A DNA stretch of 64,000 nucleotides from Tubulanus polymorphus (Eukaryota; Animalia; Nemertea), in assembly GCF_964204645.1 (NCBI RefSeq), contig NC_134034.1, forward strand, positions 11,048,962 to 11,112,961, given 5' to 3'. A program made the position numbers and the translations under genes. Positions 53,250 to 64,000 of this stretch are shown here, piece by piece. Within the stretch, counting starts at the first letter, position 1; every line of letters begins with the position of its first letter. The notes beneath the pieces are model-generated. The model was given only the letters and a program-made list of their open reading frames with translations. It was not told the DNA's origin and did not search any database.

Positions 53250-56200
53250 ATGATGGCGAAACAAGCTCCTAACAATGAGAACATGACGACGTATAAACTG
53301 GTCGTCGTCGGCGAGGGAGGCGTCGGCAAGTCGGCGTTAACGATTCAGTTCTTTCAACGTATGTTCGTCGAGGACTACGACCCAACAATCGAGGACAGTT
53401 ACTTACAACATACTGAAATCGACGGCTGTTGGTGCATTTTAGACGGTAAGCGTACAGCGACCTCTACTGGGCGATATGTATATTAATTCAACCCCAGTTC
53501 CGCAATTTGGTCTGAATTTTAAATTTGAAGTTTTGGTGTCTCATTCTTGCCGGTGACGAGTGACGCAAGGAACCTCTTGATAAGAAACAGCCCTCACCGA
53601 AGATATCTTATGATTTAACCCTTTCAGTGCGTCTACACCACAGTGCAGTGTATAAATCAGTGATAGATTTTGCTAGTACAACGCAATGCAGTGTATTGAT
53701 ATTATTGGTAATTAGTAATTATCTCTCTTGAAAGATGGTAGCACCTGTCAAACATAGTTAAATACTAATAACTAACGATACACTGCACCGCGGTGTAGAC
53801 GCACTGTAGTGGTATTCCCGTTATTCAACACATTAGGGTGGAATTTTTAAAGAATTTCAAATTATCTACAGCACTATAGGGTATTAATTAGTCAGCACTG
53901 AAAGGGTTAATCAGGGAATCTTTCGTCATGGAAATATCGTGGTATTTTGAATTGCCTGATCTGTAAGAACCTCGTAAGACGTTAGATTGTATCGTTACAG
54001 TATTAGACACGGCCGGTCAAGAAGAGTTCAGCGCTATGAGGGAACAGTACATGCGTAAAGGAGATGGATTCCTATTGGTCTATTCCGTCACCGACGCGCA
54101 AAGTTTCGACAACATTCGCAATTTTCATACGCAAATTTTACGCGTTATCGACAGGTGAATTTCCAAAAAAAGAATAACCTATGATATCGGGGGACGATCC
54201 ATGAATTTTTCTATGGGGTTCACACTTATTTAGATGGCCGGAAACTTTTGGATTGACTTTCTGAGACACATTTTGAGGTATATTGATAGGTTAATAGGCT
54301 TATTTAATAAGTACATTTAACCCTCTTATCCTTAACAGCTAGATCCAATTTTTTCTGGAGGCTATCACCGGCTACTAATTTGTGATGGTGGATCTGTTCC
54401 TGGATGTCGTAGGGAGAATAGATGAGTTTATTCAAGGATTAAAGTTAGTTGAAACATGTTTTTTTCACCTTCAGGGATCGATATCCGATGATCCTCGTCG
54501 GTAATAAAGTGGATTTAGTTCATTTACGTAAAGTGACCGAGGAACAAGGCAGAGAATTAGCAGCTGAATTACACGTGAGTCTCATTCTCCTTACACTCAT
54601 TAGGGGGAGCTTCCATCAGTTTCTAGTTCTCCCGTTCCGCAGTAGGGGGAGCTTCCAGACCACCAGTTAACTAGTTCTCCTGTTCCTCAGTAGGGGGAGC
54701 TTCCAGACCACCAGTTAACTAGTTCTCCCATTCCTCAGTAGGGGGAGGTTCCAGACCACCAGTTAACTAGTTCTCCCGTACCTCAGTAGGGGGAGCTTCC
54801 AGACCACCTGTTAACTAGTTCTCCGTTCCTCAGTAGGGGAAACTTCCAGACCACCTGTTAACTAGTTCTCCCGTTCCTCAGTAGGGGGAGCTTCCAGACC
54901 ACCTGTTAACTAGTTCTCCCGTACCTCAGTAGGGGGAGCTTCCAGACCACCTGTTAACTAGTTCTCCCGTACCTCAGTAGGGGGAGCTTCCAGACCACCT
55001 GTTAACTAGTTCTCCCGTTCCTCAGTAGGGGGAGCTTCCAGACCACCAGTTAACTAGTTCCCCCGTACCTCAGTAGGGGGAGCTTCCAGACCACCTGTTA
55101 ACTAGTTCTCCCGTTCCTCAGTAGGGGGAGCTTCCAGACCACCTGTTAACTAGTTCTCCCGTTCCTCAGTAGGGGGAGCTTCCAGACCACCTGTTAACTA
55201 GTTCTTCCGTTCCTCAGTAGGGGGAGCTTCCAGACCACCTGTTAACTAGTTCTTCCGTTCCTCAGTAGGGGAAACTTCCAGACCACCTGTTAACTAGTTC
55301 TCCCGTTCCTCAGTAGGGGGAGCTTCCAGACCACCTGTTAACTAGTTCTTCCGTTCCTCAGTAGGGGAAACTTCCAGACCACCTGTTAACTAGTTCTTCC
55401 GTTCCTCAGTAGGGGGAGCTTCCAGACCACCTGTTAACTAGTTCTTCCGTTCCTCAGTAGGGGTAGCTTCTATAAGTTTCTACTACCATTCCTCAGTAGG
55501 GGGAGCTTCTATAAGTTTCTACTACCATTCCTCAGTAGGGGGAGCTTGCTTCATGGTTTCTATTTCAACTATACCTCGATAGGGGGAGCCTCCCTCGGCT
55601 AAGTTCCCTCATTCCACAATACTTAGGGCAGTTTCAACCAGATTTTAGTTCTACCATCCCAGGGTCCGATCTAAACACTCGTCCGATTGCCCGGGACAAA
55701 TATATTCTCATCAGGGCAAGTAGGTTATCATTATCACTTGTCCCCCGGGCTAGTGAAATTTTATGACACAGCTTTTTTCCCACTCGATACAACAAATGAT
55801 AGTGCCACCAATCAGACTGCCTGTGTAGGGCAAGTAGCTTTTGGAGGGGGCAAGCGAAATTTCAGATATGCTTGCCCCCCAGGGCAAGTGGCTTTCATTC
55901 CTTAGATCGGACCCTGCCATTCCTAACTAGGGGGAGCTGAAATGGTAGTTTTTAGTTCTTCTATTCCTCACCTGGGGGAGCTTACAGCTGCTAACACGTA
56001 CATTATTTTCTTTTCGACAGATTCCGTATTTAGAAACGAGCGCGAAAGATCCGCCGTTGAACGTCGACACGGCGTTTCACGATGTCGTTCGAGTCATCCG
56101 GTAAATATCGGACAACAAACATTTCAGTTGAGTTTGAAATTCAAAATATTTAATGATTATTCGAACAATGATTTTTGCTAATTACAGGGATCAACCGGTC

Positions 56201-56269
56201 GAATCGCCGAAGAAAAAACGCCGAACTTTCAGTTCGCTACGGAAACAACTAAAATGCGTCGTCATGTGA
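53250..56269 (+). CDS. MRAS: Ras-related protein M-Ras (complete, 5 coding exons)
   Basis: Exons 53250-53445, 54001-54154, 54475-54574, 56021-56100, 56188-56269 (TGA). [54 protein letters not shown], the M-Ras-specific [12 protein letters not shown], polybasic tail and CAAX CVVM. Confidence 0.96.
53619..53906 (+). mobile_element. 288-bp piggyBac-like MITE
   Basis: TTAA|CCCTTTCAGTGC...GCACTGAAAGGG|TTAA. Confidence 0.9.
54600..55548. repeat. 48-bp minisatellite (~19 units) in M-Ras intron
   Basis: gttcctcagtagggggagcttccagaccacctgttaactagttctccc. Confidence 0.95.
55660..55916. mobile_element. hAT-like MITE with perfect 15-bp TIR
   Basis: CAGGGTCCGATCTAA ... TTAGATCGGACCCTG; internal GGGCAAGT subterminal motifs; TSD degenerate. 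Confidence 0.8.
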
Positions 56270-57104
56270 GACTGCTCCCCGCACCTCCTCTCCTCAACTA
56301 TCATTTCTCTCTATGACTGTCGTAACCTCTTTTTACTTCCATCCAAACATTCGCCAAGCACAAAATATTGAATTTCTCTACCAAACATCCGAATATTTAG
56401 TCCGTCTGCTTCGAGTCAAGGTTGAGGAGGTGTGGTCATCTGCAACAAGCCAGGAACCGACTACTATTTAAAGATAGTTTCTACTCTTTTTGAAATCTTC
56501 TCTTGAAAATATCGAAATATCTTCAAGGGGAGAAACATTTTGATGTTTTATTACTCAAATTTTGGTTTTGAGATTTTCACTTCTCGACGCAGACGGACAA
56601 AATAATCAATATCTGTGGCTGGTTTCCATGGTGATAGTGTGATGTTATGGTGTATATTGTATCATACTTGTTGTCTCGATCTGCTGATATATCATTACTA
56701 TCGATAATAACAGGCTGGGCCGATGAAGCGTTTCTTTAAAAAAAAAAACAAACAAAAATTACTGACTACTGATGATGCTCCTTTTGCAGTGGACTGAATT
56801 GAGGTTGAGAGATGACTCAAGAGATTCTGTTTGTTCCGCTGCAAAATGAGTTTAATACTATTCTATTCATAGATGGATGTATTGTAAACTCAGATGCATT
56901 TGAATAATTGAAATTGAACTCATTTAAAATGCTGTTAATACGGATCATATCTGTAGTAAATTATTGTCTGTGGTTTTATCATACCAGTGTGTTAATCGAT
57001 GTCTGTTTGGATTAAGGCGATATCAGTTGGTGACCGGGTTATAGTATATAGGTTCAACTGTAAAATGATGTTTTAACGTGAAGTTAGTCTTACATGCATG
57101 GAAA

Positions 57105-57350
57105 GGGGTCTGCTCAGAGGGCAGTGTGCTTGGAGGGGCATCTACTCCGAAAAGGCGTCTGCTCAGAGCGCCGTGTGCTTGGAGGGGGGTTTGCTCCGAA
57201 ACAGCGAGTGCCGTGTGCTCCGAAAGGGCGTCTGCTCAGAGCGCCGTGTGCTTGGAGGGGCGCCTGCTCCGAAACGGCGTCTGCTCAGAGTGCCGTGTGC
57301 TCCGAAAGGCCGTCTGCTCAGAGAGCCGTGTGCTTAGAGGGGACATCTGC
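57105..57350. repeat. Degenerate GC-rich minisatellite downstream of the M-Ras stop
   Basis: gtctgctcagagcgccgtgtgcttggagggg / gctccgaaa units. Confidence 0.8.
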
Positions 57351-57606
57351 TGCTTTGAATAATGTGTTCATTTCTGTCTGTGTTCATTTTCCTGGTTATA
57401 ATTGCTGGGTCCCGGTTTTACCAAAGATTTTTCAATTCGATTTAATAGCTGTTGATTCCTCGGATATTTTCCGCTGATAGCTTCGTAAAACTGGGCCCCG
57501 ACATGAAACGGCGTGTGTTCAGTGTATTTTTTACACCATTTGAAATTGAAAATTTGTTAAGTCTTAGAAATTAATTGTTGAACTTGAAAAATAATCTAGT
57601 GTATAA

Positions 57607-57772
57607 GGGATCATTCATTTATTACGTACGCATTGAATTCGAATTTTTCAACCCCCCTCCCCCTCTGTACGCAAAATCGGCCATTTTTTCATATACATTA
57701 AGCATTACAGTACGCAATTGCACTGACCCCCCTCCGCCTCCCCTAATGCGTACGTAATAAATGAATGACCCC
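57607..57772 (+). mobile_element. Harbinger/Tourist-like MITE (intact, TAA TSD)
   Basis: TAA|GGGATCATTCATTTATTACGTACGCA...TGCGTACGTAATAAATGAATGACCCC|TAA. Confidence 0.85.
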
Positions 57773-57910
57773 TAAGTGAAAAGTTTGTTAATGCTTTGTG
57801 ATTATTGATGATACGTGTATCGTAGCGTAAAAGCAATTATTCTATGTGGTTAACTGGGTATATCTTGGCCATTATGATATGAGTTTAAAGGCTTTTGATG
57901 AATTGAAATA

Positions 57911-58559
57911 CAGTCAACACCCTATATACTGCCCCCCCCCCCTGATATATCACCACCCCAGTCTAACGGTAGGTCTCTTTCAGGGAACGAAACATCGGTA
58001 TTTTATCTTGGAACTAGTAAAAATTAACCCCGAAGGGGTCATTCATTTATTACGTACGCATTAGGGAAGGGTGAGGGGTCATTGCAATTGCGTACTGTAA
58101 TGCTTAACCCTTTCAGTGCGTCTACACCGCAGTGCGGTGTACGAATCAGTGATAGATTTTCCTAGTACACCGCACTGCGGTGTATTGATGTAATTAGTAA
58201 TTACTAATTATCTCTCTTGAAAAATGGCAGCACCTGTCAAACATAGTGAAATATTAGTAACTAACGATGCACTGCACCGCGGTGTAGACGCACTATAGTG
58301 GTATTCCCGTTATTAAACACACAAGGGTGGAATTTTTGAAAATTTTCATATTATCTCTAGCACTATAGGGTATTAACTAGTCAGCACTGAAAGGGTTAAT
58401 GTATATGAAAAAATGGCCGATTTTGCGTACAGAGGGGAAGGGGGGTTGAAAAATTCCAATTTTATGCGTACGTAATAAATGAATGATCCCTAATATATTG
58501 CCATACTCTCTATACCGCCAACATCATCAATGTGGGTGCAGTATATCGGGGCTTGACTG
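57911..58559. mobile_element. pogo/Tc1-like MITE (TA TSD) containing a Harbinger-like MITE (58035-58490), itself containing a piggyBac-like MITE (58108-58395)
   Basis: TA|CAGTCAAC..TATACTGC ... GCAGTATA..TTGACTG|TA; inner element is the reverse copy of 57607-57772 interrupted at TTAA by the 288-bp element. Confidence 0.85.
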
Positions 58560-60181
58560 TAGTGCTGACCACCGTCCTGCATTTGCACCCAGTTCAACAC
58601 TTGCTCCTTAAGAATTGGCTCTACAGTTTAAACGTTTGAAATGAACTAATTCTAACAGTTAGAGAGTCGAATTTAACCGTAAAACTGGGTCCAGAATCTC
58701 TTTAAAATTGTGCTAAAATGATTTATCGTTCATGTGCTCAAATGTTTTCCGAAACAGAAAAAAACCATCGTTTTTGCAATATCGACCTCTGATATGGTAA
58801 ATTATGTACATTTCTTAGAATATGTTGTAGGTAAAATGTTCAAGTTTCAAAAATCGTGGTGATATTTATCGATCAGGCTAGTTATGTATAGGCTATCTTT
58901 ATTGGTCAGTCGTTAACATTTTATCTTCTATTTGTTGACGCTCGTTCCGCGATGGGAATTTTCTTGGTAGGTTTAATCCGCGGTGTGGTCCCCGACGAGA
59001 TGGGTGTAAACGTAGATCTTAGTCAAAAATCAAAACCGAAAGATCCATTTCCACAGTTAACGGTTAAATTTCATCTGATGGTTAAAGTTCGTCCGATGGT
59101 TAGGCTGAAAAATGATAAATCTTTTCTTCTAATCGGCTGGGTCGTTTTGAAAACTGCAATAAAATCTTTTATCAGTTCCTATAACTGCCGGGTCTGTTAT
59201 TGTCAGCTCGATCATGATTTTAAAAAAAAGTAATACGAGAATTAATCTGCAGAAATGAGAAACAGGTATTTTTTTTAGCCTAAAGTGAACTGATTTTAAC
59301 TCGCGCTTCATCTGAATTAAGTGCATTCTACTGTTGTGATTCGAACTTCAGATTCAAACTTATCCGTCAACTGTGGAATTGGATCCTGTATTTTTATTAT
59401 GAAATGTTTTAAAGATTTTATTCTATTCCTCGTCTTAATTATACAACGTAAATCAATTCTTGATTAAAAATGAGAATCGATGATTATGAAATTGTGGTTT
59501 TTGTAAAAGTGTTATTTTACATAAAATATTGAATTGTTTTATTCAGAATAATATGAAAATAAATAAACACTTTTTGTCATTTGTAATGCTATTGGAGTCT
59601 TGTTTTTTTTCAACAAGGGCTGAGGTAGTGTGTCTAAGGCAGGTCCAGATTCAAAATTTTTTATTTATTTGCAGTAGGTAGGACACTCATCCTTGACAAA
59701 CTCGTCTGCCCGAGAACATGGGATATGACAATTGCCAGGATCCATTGCTGGTCAAAGATTGTGACAGTGACCGCTTCAAATTTGGCGCATCTGACCCACG
59801 TGCCAGCACTCCTTGGACGGGTCCATGACGCTGTCAAGCCCAGGGTGCAAATCCTGACACGGGGTTCTCTATCGAAATAACTACACGCAATTCATGTGAC
59901 AGGGAAATCAATCCTAGAATCATAAATCGGTAGTATTCATTGATTAAGATTGAAATAATTAACGTTTTAACTATTTTATCGACCACACTATGATATTCGG
60001 TGCTGTCACCCCTTCGCGTATTCAACCGGTCCGCGTACTGATCCGTACATTTCTAGCTCGATTTCGGCGTACGCGCGAATATAGTGCTGTAAACTTTCAG
60101 CGACACGCGAGTCCAGCTTCCAAAATCCGGTCACAATCATACCCGAAAATCCACCGTCATCGCCGCCCCCGTGCCCGAAAC

Positions 60182-63100
60182 ATGGCCAAGCTGTACGTGG
60201 GCAATCTGGACGCGAAGATCGCCGATAGTACTGTGCGTGCGCTATTCGAGGAACGAGGCCTCCATCCTTCCAACATAATCATCAAGAAGGGCTACGCGTT
60301 CGTAGACTGCCCTAACCAACAAACCGCCGACCGGGCCATAGATTACCTCAACGGTAAGCCTGCAGCTAGTTTCTATCAGTTCAATTCGAGCGCCCGCGTT
60401 CCCGGTCGCCGGCGTCGTCGACGATAACGACGAGAAACCGGTCTATTTCTTAAAAAGGCCTCTTTCGGTATTCAACATGGCTGAATACACGAGGAATGGA
60501 AAATGGAGGCATGCCGGTCTCCGTCGACGTAATTTTCGAGTCGGCTACCGCTGCTATTTCACCTCCGAAAGCGTCAATTCGATTCTTACAGCTGCCATAC
60601 GGAGTTCTATCGTTCGTTGGCCGATTCAAATGACGCGTCCGACGAATGTCATCTTTTTTAAATGACACGTCAAAAATAACGATGATGCTGATGCTCGGTT
60701 TTTGGCGAGTTGCCAGTTCTGAATGTTGCTGCAAAAATGCTGCAGCATCATTGTCATTCCATACGTCGTTATCCTACAGTTCTGCCTGGTATTTTCTTGT
60801 GTGTGTCGCGAATCGTTATGCTTAAGAATTGCCTTAATTGTGTGTGCTATTCTATGTCATGTGTTTTATGAACTGGTTTGGCTTTGACAGTCTTCGCCAA
60901 GTGTCATCAGGGGCCAGGTGCTCAAAGGTTTGTTCCGAGTTAACCAGTGACAACAGTGGATAGTTGACATAGTGACAATTAAAAGTTCATTGTTACTATG
61001 GTATTTATTCCCTGGTTATCTTTAAGCAACTGACCGGCCCTGTACTGTATATCCTGTACTGTATATTCAAAGTGTCAATACCCATAGAAACGTGTTTGTA
61101 GGCTGCACTTGTAGCCCACTTGGGTCGGAATAAAAAAGGACCTGATTTTATTTTGTTAGATGAATTAGGTCCCGCCCTGAATAAATTTCATCTAACTACC
61201 GGATAGGCATACGGAATATCAGTACAGACTGTCTTTATCTCTTGGTTGGCCTACGCACTGGAATAATACTGAATGAACGTTTTGGATTGAAAATGGTTAT
61301 TGTTGATTTGTAGGTTATAACTTACTGGGATCCATCATGCAAGTAGAACCTTCTGTACCAAAACAGCGCAGGTATTTATAATACGTGAACCAACACGCGT
61401 CGAAACCATTCACTCGCTTTACGCAGATATACCCGTTAATATTTTCATCGTTTGTTTCCGTTGTAGGCGCACAAACAAAGTCAGCATCCGCAACCTTCCT
61501 AGTTACGTAAATCCAGATGAAATCAATGCAATGTGTCAGAAATATGGCGCAATCACCAACATAGAAAGAGGTACAATAAAAACCAGCCCGGAGCCTGTAC
61601 CCTGTACACAATGCAGCCCCTTAAAATTCCAGCATATGCAGAAAGCTGAGACACTGGACCCCCTTGGCCCGAAGCTTGCACTCACTTAGTTGGGACCCTG
61701 TGCTTTTACGGCGTTGACATAGCACCGGAAGGGACCTGTCCCCCCTCAGCCTGAACCCATGACCCTGAAACATTCGAAACTTCTTCCAATTTGTGACTGC
61801 CCGAGGTCACAAAGCCTTGTCAGGAAAAAAAATTGCTGAAATCTTGAACAAAATCGTTGAATTTATTTCAGAGGACGACGGTCAGTTTGTGGTCACTTTC
61901 GATAATTCGGACATCGCGACCGAGGCCATCAACGGATTGAACGGTCAAGATTTCCAAGGTCAGACAATCAAAGCGGCACCAGTCGTGTTCAACAATAGAC
62001 GCAACGGCAACAACGGTCGTGACCGCGGCGACCGAGGTGGTGGTTTCAACGGCGGGCGTCCGGGCGGTCGTCCGCAACCTCCCAGACGCGATAACTATCC
62101 ATTACTCAGGTAACGTTTCAATCGGGGCTCGGTAGTCAACCGTGGCAAGCGAGGATCCACCAGGTGTCACTACCAGCGTGCCGTAGTACATGCCGGGATT
62201 TAGATTTGAATCTTCTCAATTTTCTCGACAAATCTTTCCGATTTAATCAACGAGCGGTGATTTGCTGAAATTTTTGGAATGTCGGGGGGGGGGATTAAAA
62301 ACAAATTGAAAATCGACTAAATTTTGATCCCGAGTCAGCTGGTAAAATAGCTAGTGTAGCAGGAGTGTTCCTCGTTTTAAATGAAAGCAATTTTGAAAAT
62401 CTGCTTGATTTTTTTGGGCGAATGTTTAACGTTTGGAATTGTCGTCTCTTTATTCGCAGATTACTGGTGAACAGCGATCTCGTAGGAGCCGTAATCGGAA
62501 CTGGAGGAACCACGATCACCGATATAACTAAACGCACGAAAGCTCGCGTCGACGTTCTGCGTCAAGATAAAAGCAACAAAATCCGTCTGCCCGAAACTGT
62601 AAGTATTGTCGTATTTCGCTCGTTGCTGTGGTTGACAGTAATTTGAAATCTAACTCCCCGAATCATCTGAAAGCAGAATATCAACCTCTCCAGAAATATC
62701 AAAATACTCTTAAATTCGGATTCATTTCTACTTCATCCTAAAATTGTAAAAATGTAAAAATTATTCGCGATTTATTGTGAAAACTGCCGCAAATAGAGAT
62801 TTCAGGTAGTCTGGCAACCGCTGGGGTCAACTTCACTAGAAAAAGGTTTTCTTTGTTAATTATTCAGGTTTATCTTGTATATCAGTATAGGGTTTTATTT
62901 ATTTTTGGAAACTGGTGCTAGGATTTTAAAATTGGCGCTAGTCATTGGGAATTTGACAAATATTTTTTTTGTGAAGTGACATTTGATTCTCAAACTGTGG
63001 CAATGTTTGTAATGCGACCGACATCGGGCCAGCTGGTAACTAACGTCTGTCATTATTGCTACGATTACAGCCTATATACATGTACGGTAACCCGGAGAAC

Positions 63101-63872
63101 GTCAGTTCGGCGTGTAAGGAAATCATGAAAGTTCTACAGGAGGAGTCGCGCGAGAAACTGAAAGAGGATTTCACGTTGAAAATGCTCGCCGAGGACAAAT
63201 ACTGCGGCAGCATCATCGGCCGTTCGGGCAAAAATATCCGAGCGATCCGAGAAAAAACTGACTCGAAAATCACCATTTCACAGTGAGTGTAATTCCTTCG
63301 CTAGTCAATTTTAAGTAGTGGAACAATGGGAAAACTCCTGAACCAACTTTTGGCTGAAGTCGTTACTGAACGACTTAGGTGTTATCCAAATGTTGGAATA
63401 TTATAGGGGCTGTATTAAGACATCGTGGCTGCTGAAGGCTTTCAATCCACCCAAAAAGAAAATTGAGCTAAATTTTGGTGTTATCTTCTATTTTGCAAAT
63501 TAGCTCAATATATTTCAAAGCAAATATCAGCATTATAAATAGAATATTGACATCCACTCTGGTTGGGGCAGCAGATGTTTTATAAGGGGTGGCTGATTTT
63601 CAGAGGGGTGGATGTAAAAATGAAAGCACCCCTCTAAACCTGTTGTGGAGAACACTGCAACTGGGCCCGAATCGATTTGAAAAATGTTGAGAATTTCTGA
63701 TTTTGATAGATTTGGATATTATTTTCGTTCGTTTAGACAAAATCCGAATTATCCGTTTAACTGGGATCGAATCATCACGATTAAAGGTGAATTAGAAGGA
63801 ATGTCCGAGGCTGAGAAAGATATCACTTCCAGATTACGACAATGTACAGTGAGCGACAGAGAGAAAAATGAA
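60182..63872 (+). CDS. IGF2BP: IGF2 mRNA-binding protein (IMP/VICKZ family), first 7 exons: RRM1, RRM2, KH1, KH2; continues beyond right edge
   Basis: Exons 60182-60353 (MAKLYVGNL..KKGYAFVDCP..ADRAID.LNG), 61314-61371 (VEPSVPKQ), 61467-61570 (KVSIRNLP), 61872-62109, 62460-62598 (LRLLV..VGAVIGTGG.TI..ITK.TKARVDV), 63071-63282 (GNPENVSSACKEI..LKMLA..CGSIIGRSG), 63737-63872 (RIITIKG); phases consistent. Confidence 0.93.
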
Positions 63873-64000
63873 GTAAGTTTCATTTCATTCCCTTCTTTAC
63901 TACACTGGATTCCTTGCGGATAGTCGGCAACATTCTCTGAAAATAGTAGTCCCCTGATTGTCAGGAACAGTCTGTGAAAATGGTTTACTGTCCCCTGATT

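Noticed and set aside
59990-60181. In-frame N-terminal extension of IGF2BP
   Set aside because: Family proteins start at MxKLYxGNL; ATG 60182 has good context (AACATGG); the upstream ATG is probably upstream of the TSS.

Overview
Intron-rich animal genomic DNA, probably a marine invertebrate or lophotrochozoan (species not identifiable from the sequence alone). The ORF track mostly shows repeat artefacts. Reading splice sites by hand gives five spliced genes. (1) The 5' half of N-myristoyltransferase (NMT, minus strand, runs off the left edge; the ORF track missed it). (2) A complete calaxin/EFCAB1, head-to-head with NMT with about 340 bp between the start codons. (3) A roughly 40-kb ARHGAP21/23-type PDZ-PH-RhoGAP gene with several candidate alternative 5' exons, one encoding a transmembrane anchor. 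(4) A complete M-Ras. (5) The 5' part of IGF2BP/IMP (RRM-RRM-KH-KH, runs off the right edge). Introns are full of MITEs (piggyBac-, Harbinger-, pogo-, hAT- and Mutator-like, one set nested three deep), a tRNA-derived SINE and many minisatellites, several copied from MITE termini or splice donors. The most striking observation is a sense-strand intronic array of nine 67-nt units. Each unit carries a minimal Penelope-type type I hammerhead ribozyme motif plus a competing hairpin, and a solo copy lies in another intron. An unexplained ~440-nt multi-hairpin segment also sits in the putative first intron of the RhoGAP gene.
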